NCBI GenBank assembly: GCA_002633005.1
Contig: NMRA01000059.1
Span: forward strand, 1,141,133 to 1,205,132
Reading direction: 5' to 3'
Source of the DNA: Phoronis australis
Taxonomy: Eukaryota > Animalia > Phoronida
Length of the DNA: 64,000 bases
Positions 1 through 11,952 of this stretch are shown here, one piece after another; the stretch's first letter is position 1, and every line of letters begins with the position of its first letter. Under the pieces are notes generated by a model. That model saw only the letters and a program-made list of their open reading frames with translations, searched no databases and was not told the origin of the DNA. The translations under genes and the position numbers were made by a program.

Positions 1-1251
1 TGGTAACAGACGGCACAAAGCATTTATGAAAAAACATTTAAAGCTCACAATAATAGAACACGGGTCTAATTTATCTGCTCATTCTGTGGCACCGAGCAAA
101 GTGCTCTTTAGTTTGAAAGAACGCTGACAAAATAATTGCTGACATCTGGTTTTAGAGCAATTTGAACGTCAGCTGTTTGCGACCAACTTTTTACCAAAAT
201 GATTACGTTGTGAATGGCACGCGTCATAGCGGCAGTTGACTTAGGAAATTAAAACAACCATTGCTACGTAAGCCGCTGCAGTATTGTTATCATCATGTTT
301 GGACAAGTGGTAGACGATCGATATGTGTCCACCTTTTCTTTGCCAGATAGCAAACTAATCCGTTGCGCCAGCTGGCGGATATTTCGGCCAATCACAGGTC
401 TGAATAACGGCGTTTGGCAGAAGAATCAAAGAATATACGAAAAGAAAAGAGTAATAGACGAGCTGTAGAGCTGGAAATCATAATGAACTGGAACTCATAA
501 TGAACCATAGTCCATATTATATGTATGGTCTTTTATACGGGTGGACAATTCATTATGTCCACATTTAATACCGCCACTTGCCGCGGTTACATTGTCACAT
601 TGCCTCAACTAGCGAGTATCTAAATACCACTACCTAAAGATTTTTAAAAATTGACATATGTTTTAATTCTTTGTCGTTTATCTTAATATGTAAAAATGAA
701 TGTCAAGGTGATCATGTTCTCTGTATTTTGTATAGATTAGAGACATATTTAATTGTTTTAAAGCTTACAGTAAATATATAGAACCAAAAGTAATGTCGTA
801 GTGTGTTTTTTCGTCATTCACATACATTTTTATTTAATCCTTAGGCATGTTAAGTGGCTTTTATATCTCAGTGATATTTGCGGGATGATCCCGACTTACG
901 AAAAGTACGTTTTCTCATAAAAAACATAAAAACCAATAAGATATACTGTTTTATGAATCTAAGAAGTCCATTACATCACAAAAGCACCCAAATTGTATTT
1001 TTTCGTTCTTACAAAGGTAAAAGGTTCAAGCAAAACTACTTGTCTTTATGGCAGTTTATCTAAATTTCCAATAGAATGAAAGAATTTATAGTACTGATTC
1101 CTCATTCCTTATATAGAAAACTCATTCAGTGTAGCCATATAAACCAGTGGATTTTTTTTACTTTTAACTCAAAAGTTAGCCATGATTTTGCAAAAGAGAT
1201 GACCTTTGTAATTGTGCGTTCATTCATAACAAACCATGTTAAAATTGAGAT

Positions 1252-1500
1252 GAGGGGAGTCGTTCAATAGTTAGAGTGTCCTGACGAGGTAAGTTCGTTC
1301 TTGGCACGAGCCTATTGTTCTAACATTCGCTATCTCGTGTTAAAATGACAGGTGTGCACGGCGATAGCGGTCAGGACAGCCAGTCATATTGATCGATGCT
1401 AGCATTTGTCTTTAGTAAACACGAGAAACCGCAAAATCTAACCAACTACGGTAATCCACTTTGAAAAGATAACTAACGATAGAGTATCACAGATGCGTGT
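1252..1500 (+). mobile_element. Possible degenerate tRNA-derived SINE
   Basis: A-box-like tcgttcaatagttag and B-box-like gttcgttct at tRNA-like spacing; no complete cloverleaf. Confidence 0.25.
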
Positions 1501-4500
1501 ATTGTTTCTAGTCACATTGATAATAGTTTGCGCAAAGACGAAGGGTAATAGAAAATTGGATCACCTGGCTACGTCGGGACCGAGGTTAGCGGTTCTTTCT
1601 TTAGTGTGTATTCACAAATACCATATTGTTAGTGAACGGAATACCCTAAAACTTTAAAACAATGTTCCTTGTGTTGTTATATTTTGTTGTGTTTACATAA
1701 AACATTTACCGTTCGTCTTCGTTTGATGTTGCAACATAAATTGTGTGAATGTGATCACAAGACCATTTGGTGAGATCGCGATGATGAGGTTGATGAGGTT
1801 GATGAGTTCAACAGTCGTTTTGTCATGATTGGGTTTAATAAAGCCGTTCAAAAAATATACCGTGTGAGGCTGGTGGCGTATTTATGCAATGGTCATTTTG
1901 GATGTTTTAAAATTCTGATGTATTGCATGTTCATGGATTTGGTATTTCTAAAATATCGCATAATCTTAATTTAGAAGAGCAGTTATCTTATCTCCACATA
2001 GTTATAAATATAATATAATATAATATAAAGCGCTTAATATAATACCAATTGGTTGCATCTGATATACAGACGTGTGAGAAAAGCAAAACGGAACCCAATG
2101 TTCTCCAAACGAATTCAAACTCGGAGCTGTGCCATCTATGTAAATTTCTGAGCCATGTTTGAAAGTCAGAGTTTTGTCAGCTTTACAAGACAAATTGTTT
2201 AAGTGGTTTGCCTGGGTATTTGTGTCTATTCTTTTGATGTAAAACTTATAGTTATATGGTCAGCAAGTGAACATAACGTGTAGCTTGCATTACTTACTAT
2301 GATTTGGCAAAAAGGAAGGTTAGAATGAGAAAACACGACGCGCAATGTGCATTGAAACACGTTTGTACCTTGAAAAACGTGAACGATGATAATAGTCAGC
2401 GAACTAACAAAGGAGCTCCGTTACAAGATTTATCATTGTCTTGTGCCTATAAATATATAAAAAGAAAACTAACTCGGACAATAATTTTACTATCCTTAGA
2501 TGAGAACATGTTTATTTCGTGATCCCAATAATCTCGGGAAATGTGATGGGTTGGCTTTGTTAGGTGACCGGTGTAAATGCCATGGCCTGGCTCATTAACT
2601 CGCCTCTCGGGCATTATTCGTGAAGTATAGCCGCAATTTAGAGTCAGTAAACTCATAAAATGCAACAAATGCCTCTTGTTAAACATTAAATGTCTTTAAA
2701 ATTGCGAAGTTTCCACTCTTATTTCTGTTAAGAACATGGGGTAAGAGAGAGATCTTATCGAGTATCATCTCCTTCGCGCCTTTCAGTTCTCAAACTGAGT
2801 TAAACTCAAGAGTAATACGAGTTAGCTACGCTCAATAAAGACGTAATTTCCAATTTACGGAAGCGTGATTTTCTTCAACACACATGAGAACTTGTAACAG
2901 GATGTACTTTTTAACGATTTTTACCGTGATCTTATATTGGAGAAAGACTGTAACTGTAACAATGACTGTGACGGGAATAGACAACAGCGTGCACGCTTTA
3001 CTGTCATTATATCTCAGTATGATATCGCAACCAATCGCTGGTTATAGCGGTCTTGTTATATCTCAGTACTTGAGGAGTAGAAATGGTGAAAATGGTATTC
3101 AGACCAAGATAGAGCAAGACTTGTTGCGTCAACATTAATCTTTCTGCTAATACGTTAAAAACTTCATTGAAAGAATTTTATGCAAGCTAGTTAATTCAAA
3201 AATCTTAACTTGACATCATTTGCTGCAAACACAATTTAATGTAAAAATTCTGAATTTGTTTTTTTTAATATGTGGTGGTGAGCAACATGGATATAGTCTT
3301 CACAGTTGGATACCTAACGCCATTTCTTAAAACATGAGTCGGCATTAAAAACGCAAATACTCCACACACAGGGCTGAAATCTACTAATTAAAGTTATCTG
3401 TGTTTGGGATGTCTTTCGAATGATGAAACTCATTCGGCGATTTTAATTGGTGGAAACACAGAAAGGAACATGCACATTTTGGAAATTACTTTCAACGTAG
3501 ACAAGTCAGGGCACTGGAAGGATTAGTAGTTCCAGGAAAGATCCTCTGATGAAACGTCCCTTGATCTACGCCGCTGACGCAATATAATCTCCACAGCGGG
3601 TTCTCATTCTAGGTCCCTTGTTTGATAAAATGTTTTCATTCGTTCTGGCATCTTCAACATTATTCCGGAACTGTTTGCCCACAGAGCTTCAAAAGCACAA
3701 AGGTTCTTCGCAAAGACCTCTTCAAAGCAACAATTAACGAGATTTTCTAAGCTTAGTGATCAATACAATCTTTACAAATTCAAACCAGCCAACCAAATAG
3801 CGTTTGTTTATTCACAACCCGAGTGATCGCGTGCTGCCTTGACAGCTGGCACGGGACAACTGCCCGGGGGGTTCTCGACGATATTTTTGAGGCCAGTTAC
3901 TGGAACATCAGGATAACCTACCATTTATAGAGTGGACTGCGAACAGGAGCCCATTTGTAGGAGCTTCCATAAAAAGTCACATTTTCGTTTGTTTTTGTTC
4001 CAGGAAACCACCTTTTTGTAGGTGATCCCTTTCGTAGCCGGATATTCATGGACCGTTGAATGTAACTGAAACAGTCCATGCTGTGTGAAAATGAGCGCAC
4101 AATTTTAGAAATGTAGATAATTATATAGTCACACACAGGTATTACGGTTTTTCAGAACCAGTTTGATGCCATTATACAGTGGAGAAAACTGGTTCTCAAA
4201 ATGCATGACCCCTGTATGTGAAACATGATAACAATCTTCTAAATCAATAAGTTTTGTATTGTGGAAAGGGCAGGCAATAGATTGCACGTGGATGCCGTAA
4301 ACATACAAGGGACGGTAGTTTTAATGCAGCGGCCCAATCGCTTTTCTTTTTGATAGATAAAACAAAATATACTAAACAATATGGATGTAAATAGTTAATT
4401 GTGAATAATAGATTGGATATAAATACACTTCCTGAGCTATCACCTAATGATGACCTTGACCGTAAAGAAACTTGACCGACGTGAACATAAGATTTTTAAC

Positions 4501-5538
4501 AGATGACCGTGATTTACCCTGGTAATATGGCTGAATTTAAATTAGATGCAACAGTGATTGGAATTAAAGGACACCCAAAAAGTTCATTGACAGGTAATTC
4601 TGAATTTGTTGTATGGTTGCTCTGGTTTTCAATTTATTTTCACATAAAAGTTATCGTCAGCTCCCTGCGGTAACTGTCGGTTGGCAACATACCCATGAAG
4701 ATTATCGATGCTGCCCTAAAGCCAAACGTTGTTCTACCAACAATGGGAAAGGGACGTTTTGTAGAGTTTCGAGCTCCTTAAGTCGTGAACACATTTGAAT
4801 GAAATTACTCGGAAAATATATCCTTTCATTGGGAATTTTAACAGAAATACACCTTTTCGTAAAGAATTTTGCCAGGAAAGGCACCCTTTCGCAGGAACAC
4901 TCTTCACATTCCGCATTTTTCTTCTATGGGAGTACCCCCCCAGGGACACCCGCTTTCACCTAATAACCACACCATACCAGTGACAATGGCAGGCGTCCAC
5001 CGCCGCAATTATAACTGCTCATTAGTTGACCAATCAGGGCTAAATGGAGAAAATTGTCATTTGCTTTCAATCCACGAGGAATCTTGACGGTATTCAAGTT
5101 GGATTATCCGTGCAAACAACAAAATGCGAAATTTGAAGGGTTCCACCCTGGGGTGCGAGAAGAATAGTTAGGTGATACGCTGTGTGATAGGGATTAAAAT
5201 GAACGTGCAAAGCCTTTGGAAGCGAGTTTAATGCGATTTCATCCTCATTTGTGTTGCTAATACTCCCCTGGGCAGTTAAGAACGTACTCTTAATGAACTA
5301 AATAGGACCTAAGCAATTAAACTAAAAAATGCGAGTATTTGGGTCAATGCGCTCGGTAGGCGAAAAAGTTAGTTTTACTCACAAGCCCTTAAACTTCACA
5401 GGCGGGTTTTGCATACAAACTTTGTTGACAGATAAATGTGAACTTGTAGGACTTTTTCCTTTCCCGCATATTTTTTTCCTAAAAAACTATCGCCATATCA
5501 CGGCGATAACTATCGGCTAGTAAATTCCCCATAAAGAC

Positions 5539-5579
5539 CACCAATCCTGCCCCAAAGAAGGCAGGATTGGTGATACTAG
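5539..5579 (+). mobile_element. Helitron-like 3' end (13-bp hairpin + CTAG)
   Basis: caccaatcctgcc-8nt-ggcaggattggtg followed by ata-CTAG. Confidence 0.35.
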
Positions 5580-6289
5580 GTATAGACTCAGCATCGCATA
5601 CAGGAGCTTAAGTCATAGGGGTTAAACGTGAGAGAATCTAATTATGGAATTTAAGCGAGCAGAATTCTGGTAAGATCAACAAGTCGTAGCAACAAAAGCA
5701 AACAAGACTACTTTTTACTTGAACTGTCCCGCTTCTTGGAAGAGCGGAACCGCTTTTTGAAGGTTTTTCCCTCGTCCCGCAATATAAAAATGTCCCGCTT
5801 TTTGACACACGGCGAAATTTACTTAATGTGATATATGATAGTGATTTTCCTGGTGCCATAGCCCTATTTTCCCGTTCGACCAAAGAACACAATGTTTTGT
5901 GGATGCAGCGGCACCGGTGTGTTTTCAACTAAAAACACTGCTTGGGCGTTTCGGCATAGTTTCGCTTTATTTCGGGATGCCTTGTCTTTTCAACCCAGGA
6001 GTACCGTTTTTCCCCTCTCGAATGTTGGCAAGTATTCAATGGGGGCAACTTCACAACCAACTTGGAAGTCCGAGTCCCTATGTTGAAACAATTAGGCGAT
6101 CTGAGATAAAAGCACACATTAGGGGATCCCGTCAACTAACATTACAACTCGTTAGCAGATAGTTTCCAATTAAAGATCTCTAGAATAGTAACTGAAGCAT
6201 TATGAGATGGCAAGCTAAGAAATACACCGAATACCGGGGTGAAAATTCCATTTTTACTGGCAACAGGTGTCGCTTGCCTACTGTTAAAC

Positions 6290-6381
6290 ACCAGCGCCTG
6301 CGCATGTATTCCGGAAACACATGTTGAAAACCTGGGAGAAGAATGGGTTGAATATGTTCAATTAACAACACGTTCGTAAGT
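6290..6381 (+). promoter_or_regulatory. Candidate WDR3 promoter and non-coding first exon
   Basis: NRF1-like GCGCCTGCGCAT and ETS-like CCGGAA, followed by a perfect donor GTAAGT at 6376. The acceptor 18 nt before the WDR3 ATG implies an upstream exon. Confidence 0.4.
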
Positions 6382-6523
6382 AATTACTAACTTTTTATTT
6401 ACTAGTAACATCCTCTAAAATCAAAATAAAGCGACCTGAGTGTATCACGATCACATAGCACGAGCCCTTGGGTGCAGTTAAACTTGGTACAGAACTACTA
6501 AAATATACAGGCACAGGCGTCCT

Positions 6524-6868
6524 TAGGCATAGGCAATGACCATCGCCTCTGTTGGCCCGAAACAGAGGCGATGTAGAGGCTATAGGCGCTCTGTACGCCG
6601 GAAGCTTTTCGGCGAATTTTGCCTCGCACCGACTAACCCATCAAAGTCACGTTGTTATAAATACCTTTTGCGCATAGAGGAACACCTTAGGAGGTTGTCG
6701 ATGTGTTTAATTCCTTCCAACTCGAACAAATACTCCCGTTATGAAACTTNAACCGTTAGTGTTGAGCCCTGCCTTAGGAGGTTGTCGATGTGTTTAATTC
6801 CTTCCAACTCGAACAAATACTCCCGTTATGAAACTTTTTCTTCCAACAGAGGCGATGGTCATTGCCTA
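6524..6868. mobile_element. MULE/Mutator-like MITE
   Basis: Perfect 26-bp TIR (6530-6555 / 6843-6868) and 9-bp direct repeat AGGCGTCCT at 6515-6523 and 6869-6877; internal 'n' at 6750. Confidence 0.75.
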
Positions 6869-7636
6869 AGGCGTCCTCAAACCTCAGGCTCAGCTTCCTA
6901 TAATCTGATAATCTCCAATTCTGTGTATATAATATACTACATGTTATGACACTCCGGACTAGAAGTGCCACGTGTGCTTCACTTCAGCCGTCCATAGCAA
7001 ACACAAAATTCAACAAATTTACGCAAATTAGAGGTTCAACAAGCCATGAGCAGGGCTCGACAACTAGCTGCAGGTCGCATTTGCGACCTGAAATCTGGAA
7101 ATGCGAGCTGAGATTTTTGCCAGCTCGTATCAAGTCGCAAAATGTGACCTAGAATTTCCAAGGTATGCGAGCTGATTTTTATACTTTTCGGCAGATACCA
7201 GACGCATATAAAGGAACTCGTGCAAATCTGACTGTTATTTGGTTGTTGCCAAATCAAGTTCAAAAGAATACTAACCGAGAACATCCCTCCCGATGACTTG
7301 TAAACGTGTCGCGTGAACATGGGATAATGCAGAATATATCTTTGACGAGCTTCATTGGCTATCATTTTCGGCTACTTTTGCAAATTTCTGGATGTGCCGA
7401 ATAAAGTTTCGTCACAAAACAGCGGTGTTTCTACTAATTCTTAAGACAATCAACTTGCAAAACTTTGTGGTGGGAAAACATGTTTATGTTCATGTAAGAT
7501 GCCCATCATAGCGCACTACAAACGACCGCTCGTGGTTTGAAATTGACACGCAGCCTATATATATTGTTAGTCACTCTCGTTTTACATAACAAATTCAGTT
7601 TTCAAAGAAAACGTCTTTTCTCAATATGTAAAAACC

Positions 7637-7790
7637 CAGTGGCAGATTTAGAGGGCCACCAAGGTTACCATGCCCCCCCAAAATTCTCCCAGATTTGGCA
7701 GTTCGGGGGTGCGAATGTCTAACAGCAAAATCCTGGCTAATACTCAGCTCTGCCCCTCCCCCCTTAATCAAAATCCTGGATCCACCCCTG
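7637..7790. mobile_element. Small hAT-type MITE nested in 7051-9173
   Basis: Imperfect TIR cagtggcagatttag / ctggatccacccctg. Confidence 0.55.
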
Positions 7791-8386
7791 AAATCAACCC
7801 CAGCTTTGTTTTATGCCTCCAAAAGAAAGTAAGACTAGTGACATGTGTGTCGTTTTGTGACTGACCTATTTTTCCCGTACGTGGAAGGTATTGAGGAGGA
7901 AACTTGAATTACCCGATGGAAACTGAATGGATTAGGCAATTATTTCGAGGCTTTTCATTTCATGGAAAACTAATTGTTGAGTAGATAAACAGCATAAGTC
8001 CAGCATTTTTGATGTGAAATTTGCTCTCATTTCTACGTGCGCATCTGCATACGTCATTCGGCAAGGGCAACGTTTCATGGATTTTTTTCGACAGGATGTT
8101 TTTCAAACTTCGAGTTAAGTGCAAAGTTTGGGCTGCGAATAAAAAATGGAGGGAGTTTGCACTCAGAGTTAGTGTGGATTTTTAATGACATTGATGACAG
8201 TCATATAGCAGGTCAGACGTTGCAAAATTGCGGGTGCTATTTCAACGAATATTTTCTCCCTTTTCACATTGCAAGCTTATTGTAGCTAGTCCAATGCACG
8301 TGACGCTAAGAGAGCACTGATTCAACTTTCACGTTGGCAACAGCCTTTGAATGTCGGTTGTGAAAAACAGTAACACTGTACTTGCT

Positions 8387-8911
8387 TTGTAGTATGTAAA
8401 ATGGTCACTTACTTATAGACGTGGTTGGTTGTTAGCAGACGTTTCGATCTGGTCCGCCAGGTCTGTGTCGATGAATGAGGGATTTCCCGCCTTTCGCTTG
8501 TTAAGAATGCTGGAGTACCCGGGGGGGGGGGAAGTGGAGTCCTCTGTCCCTGTTCAGGAGGGGGCGCTGACTGTTGATTTTTATGGCCTTTTTGAGCTTT
8601 GGTGTGTCTAAAACACCAACAGCTGTGGGGGAACATATTTTGGTGACTGGGCACACCATCTCTCTTGCGTCATCCAGGATCCTAGCCAAGGAACAAAATT
8701 GTAAGCTCAAAGACGCCATAAACATCAACAGTCAGTGCCCCCTCCTGAACCGGGACAGAGGACTCCACTTACCCCCCGTGTAGTCTAGCATTCATAACGA
8801 GCGAAAGGCTGGAAATGTCTCATTCATCAACAAAGACCTGGCGGACCAGGTCGAAACGTCTGCTAACAACCAACCACGTCTCTAAGTAAGTGACCATTTT
8901 ATATACTACAA
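8387..8911 (+). mobile_element. Penelope-like retroelement remnant (GIY-YIG C-terminus plus inverted partial pLTR)
   Basis: About 210-bp inverted arms around a roughly 100-bp spacer. ORF 8574-8783 reads TAVGEHILVTGHTI...ILAKE..KLKDAINI...LLNRDRGLHLPPV, the Penelope GIY-YIG tail. Hammerhead-like acctggcggaccaggtcgaaacgtc at about 8836-8860. Confidence 0.8.
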
Positions 8912-9484
8912 TGCCTCTAGAGACCAATGACAAACCTATTCTCCAGCCGTACCTGCATGTTAGAACTCAATTTTGCGACCTAAAATTTGTGAGTATCTAA
9001 CGCGGCAGGTAATAGTGATCTATGATCTAAAAAAGCTACTTTGGCGGGTAAAAATGGCGGGAAAATTTTGCCACCTGGCATTTATGAATGTGAGCTAAAT
9101 TTTGAAAGTGTGACCTGGGATTTTGGCTAGGTCGCAAAATGCGACCTGGCGATATTCATAGCGTCGAGCCCTGATGAGGAATTGTTCTTTCTCCCAGTAC
9201 CATTTACGGTGTCCTGCATCATTGGCATCAATCTTCCAAGTTAAAGGCAGGAATCGACTAAAAATTCATACTCTCTGTTGTTGTCCTCAGTGGGTGGTCT
9301 TCTCTAAAAGTGTAGGTCACGCTTGCCCGTTGAGCAGACTTTGAAAGGAGTTTTCAAATTTTCGTCCATACTTTTGAGGGTTGTCGAGGTTTACAGAGCA
9401 TTATTTTGTTCCAGTGAACTGGATGGGAAAGTGATGTTTAGTATCTGTTAAGAGACAAATATTGGGTTTGATAAATTTTTATCT

Positions 9485-9560
9485 TATGACGTTTTTTCAC
9501 AAATCATGACATCAACTTATGGCAGAGTTTCGCAGCGTCAAAATGGCGTCGAGAACATGA
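9485..9560 (+). promoter_or_regulatory. Alternative candidate promoter motif cluster
   Basis: TGACGT half-CRE and YY1-like CAAAATGGCG at about 9539-9548. Confidence 0.25.
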
Positions 9561-10704
9561 CGGTTGTGTGGAAAATGTTTACACTTGTGCATATATTGCC
9601 GACTGTATATGTCTATGTATTGTGTGCGGTGAAAGAGTTAACAGCGATAAAAAGGGGAGTTGGAATCCTTTGCCATAGTCATTTTGATTCCCGTAGACAT
9701 GCTTTATCAAAGATATGTGAAGAACCAGAAAGGATCGCTGAAGAAGGCAAGCTGTGTTAGTGTTGTAGTCCCTGGCCAGCCAGCTGAGGGACTATGTGTT
9801 GCCTACAGGTCAACAATAGACAATAGTCAATAAAAATTCATTCCAAGCTGGAATAGTTTGACTCTCGTGTCGGCTCTCTAGGTTCTTAAACAGCAGCGGA
9901 CGACCCGTCAGTGGCCACCTATTGGTCTGTTAGGCACGACTGAGCTGAAAGTAAATGTCACAATTAACCTAAACTGAAAGCCGTAAGTTCAAAGGTCAGG
10001 TCTGGTTCCCAAGGTAGCATTTAGCCAGCCAGCTTGCTGTATTAAGATTATTGTCAAAATGCAAATTTCACACCACCCAAGTAGTTCTGCTGGTCAACAT
10101 GTAGAGCTAATGATCAGTGGGTGCGCATTCATAACCAGGAAGTCACCTTGCCCATTAAAGCTTTTGTGAAAAACAACTCAATAGCCATTTTCTTGCAAAA
10201 TTATATGGCTTATGTAGTAAAGAAAAGCCTGGGGTTGTCTTGATTCAGTACGTACACTCGTGACACGTGCGCGTGCCATTTGCTAAATTTGCCAAAGCAA
10301 AATTTGCTGAGAAATTTGGTTTGCTGGTATTAAGATTCTTAAAACTTACAAAAAACGGAAACCAATCCCAATAAACATGACATGTACACAACCTTGTGAA
10401 AGAAGAACAGTTGATTGAAGATGAGGCAAAAAAAGAAATTGGCCAGTTTGTGAGACTCTATTTTATAGTTCTGAAAGCTGACATAAGATAGTTCTATAAA
10501 TTTAGGAACAGTATAACAGCAAATTTTTAACGCCGGTGACTAATTTAGGTCACTCAAGCAAGAATGTAGTTTATTTAGCCATTCTTTACTTACATGGCTG
10601 CAAAGCTGTACATTTATAGTTTTGCACCTTTACTAGGCTACCTGGGCATTATCGCATCAAGCAAAAATGAAACAGTCAAATAGAACGACATCACCCCAGA
10701 GCAT

Positions 10705-10788
10705 GTAGGGTTAGGTTTTGGGTTGGCGTTAGGATTAGGACCAGTTAGGGTTGGGGTTAGGATTAGGGTTAGGGTTGGGTCAGGGTCA
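10705..10788 (+). repeat. Degenerate interstitial (TTAGGG)n-like tract
   Basis: ttaggg/ttggggttagg/ttagggttaggg variants. Confidence 0.6.
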
Positions 10789-10899
10789 TTCATGAGTTCA
10801 TGTAATGTCACCTCCTTCTTATCATGTTAGCTGTTTAGACAGCTTACTAATGTCAAGTCAATCTATTGTTTCTTATTCGGATTGGAAATGATTTCTAGA

Positions 10900-11010
10900 C
10901 TTGAGAAGAACCTGCAGGTCAGTACTGCTTCTGACCAGGCCCATTAAGTAGTGCTTGAGAAGAACCTGCAGGCCAGTATTGCTTCAGACCAGGCCCATTA
11001 AGTAGAGCTT
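10900..11010. repeat. 54-bp tandem duplication
   Basis: cttgagaagaacctgcagg...cccattaagtag x2. Confidence 0.85.
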
Positions 11011-11079
11011 GGAGTTTTGAGAGGATTTCCTCTTTTTGATTTCCAGTTTACTTTTGTATCATTATTTCGACTTTATTCA

Positions 11080-11385
11080 TAATAATAATGATGATAATGA
11101 TAATGATAACTTTATTTAAAGAGGATAAAAAACATGTTAAGTGTAAAACTTATCTGCCTCATGATCCTCGAAATTACAATAAAGAGATAAATGAAACAAA
11201 TAAATAAATAAGATGAACAATGATATGTACAGATGAATGAAAAATGAAATAAATAAGTTAATTAATATAGACAATTTTTTGACATGCATGCAGATATACA
11301 GTTAAATAGATGATAAATAAGTTATTAGGTTACTTCTAAATGCACGTTTAACAGTAATTGATTTAATAGCTAATGGTAAACCATG
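11080..11385 (-). mobile_element. 3' fragment of a CR1/L2-type LINE
   Basis: Minus strand GLPLAIKSITVKRAFRSNLITYL* resembles the ORF2 C-terminal WNxLP..IK....FK..L motif, followed by AATAAA and a (ttatca)n/(tta)n tail. Confidence 0.55.
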
Positions 11386-11778
11386 CAAAAACATTTATTT
11401 TAGTTAAATTTTACAACACAAAAATATTTCCATCACCACACAAGCCTATATGTAGAACAATACATCATCTGGAAACTTTGCTCAGTTTTTCATCATTGGT
11501 CGTTCCAAGACCTCATTAAGGTGTTTGCCACGGAGGGTTAGTTTCAGTCAAGAAAACAGTTTGGTCACCGGGGGTAAGAAAAGATATAACATGCTTTGGA
11601 TAAAAAAACTCAATATGAAGAAAGTTGATTTTTGACACCACAACATGGTCTTTAGTTGGTTATGAATTAAAAAGTTGCAATTTGAGTAGTTATATTTTTG
11701 AGTAGTTATATCTTTTTAGTCACTATTTGAAGATTGCATCCTGGTTCTTTCATTTTTCAGGTGACTGAAAGTGTCGTA

Positions 11779-11952
11779 ATGGGTTTGACTAAACAGTATC
11801 TGCGGTACGTGCCTAGTGCAGTGTTCGGCGTTGTGGGCACACACAAATCTCCAGTTGTACTGCTCAATTTGAAACAGTCTGGCCAGACACGGTTCTGTGC
11901 CACTGGGGCATGTGAGAATGTCATAGTGTGGGACCTGCGCACAGGTGAAAAG
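11779..11952 (+). CDS. WDR3: WDR3 first coding exon
   Basis: Acceptor ttttcag ends 11760; ATG 11779; [12 protein letters not shown]...WDLRTGEK; donor gtgggt. Confidence 0.95.

Larger units (their letters stand above)
7051..9173. mobile_element. Non-autonomous hAT-like DNA transposon with 5-bp TSD, carrying nested inserts
   Basis: TIR CAGGGCTCGAC/GTCGAGCCCTG, TSD ATGAG on both sides, subterminal AGGTCGC..GCGACCT palindromes at both ends. Confidence 0.8.

Noticed and set aside
1252-1315. tRNA gene
   Set aside because: Only degenerate A/B boxes and no complete cloverleaf; at most a SINE head.
6685-6837. 65-bp direct repeat
   Set aside because: It flanks a single 'n' at 6750, so it is probably a contig-overlap artefact.
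1-11700. GDAP2 exons, expected head-to-head with WDR3 from human gene order
   Set aside because: I found no minus-strand segment resembling GDAP2; the gene may lie outside the window or be absent.
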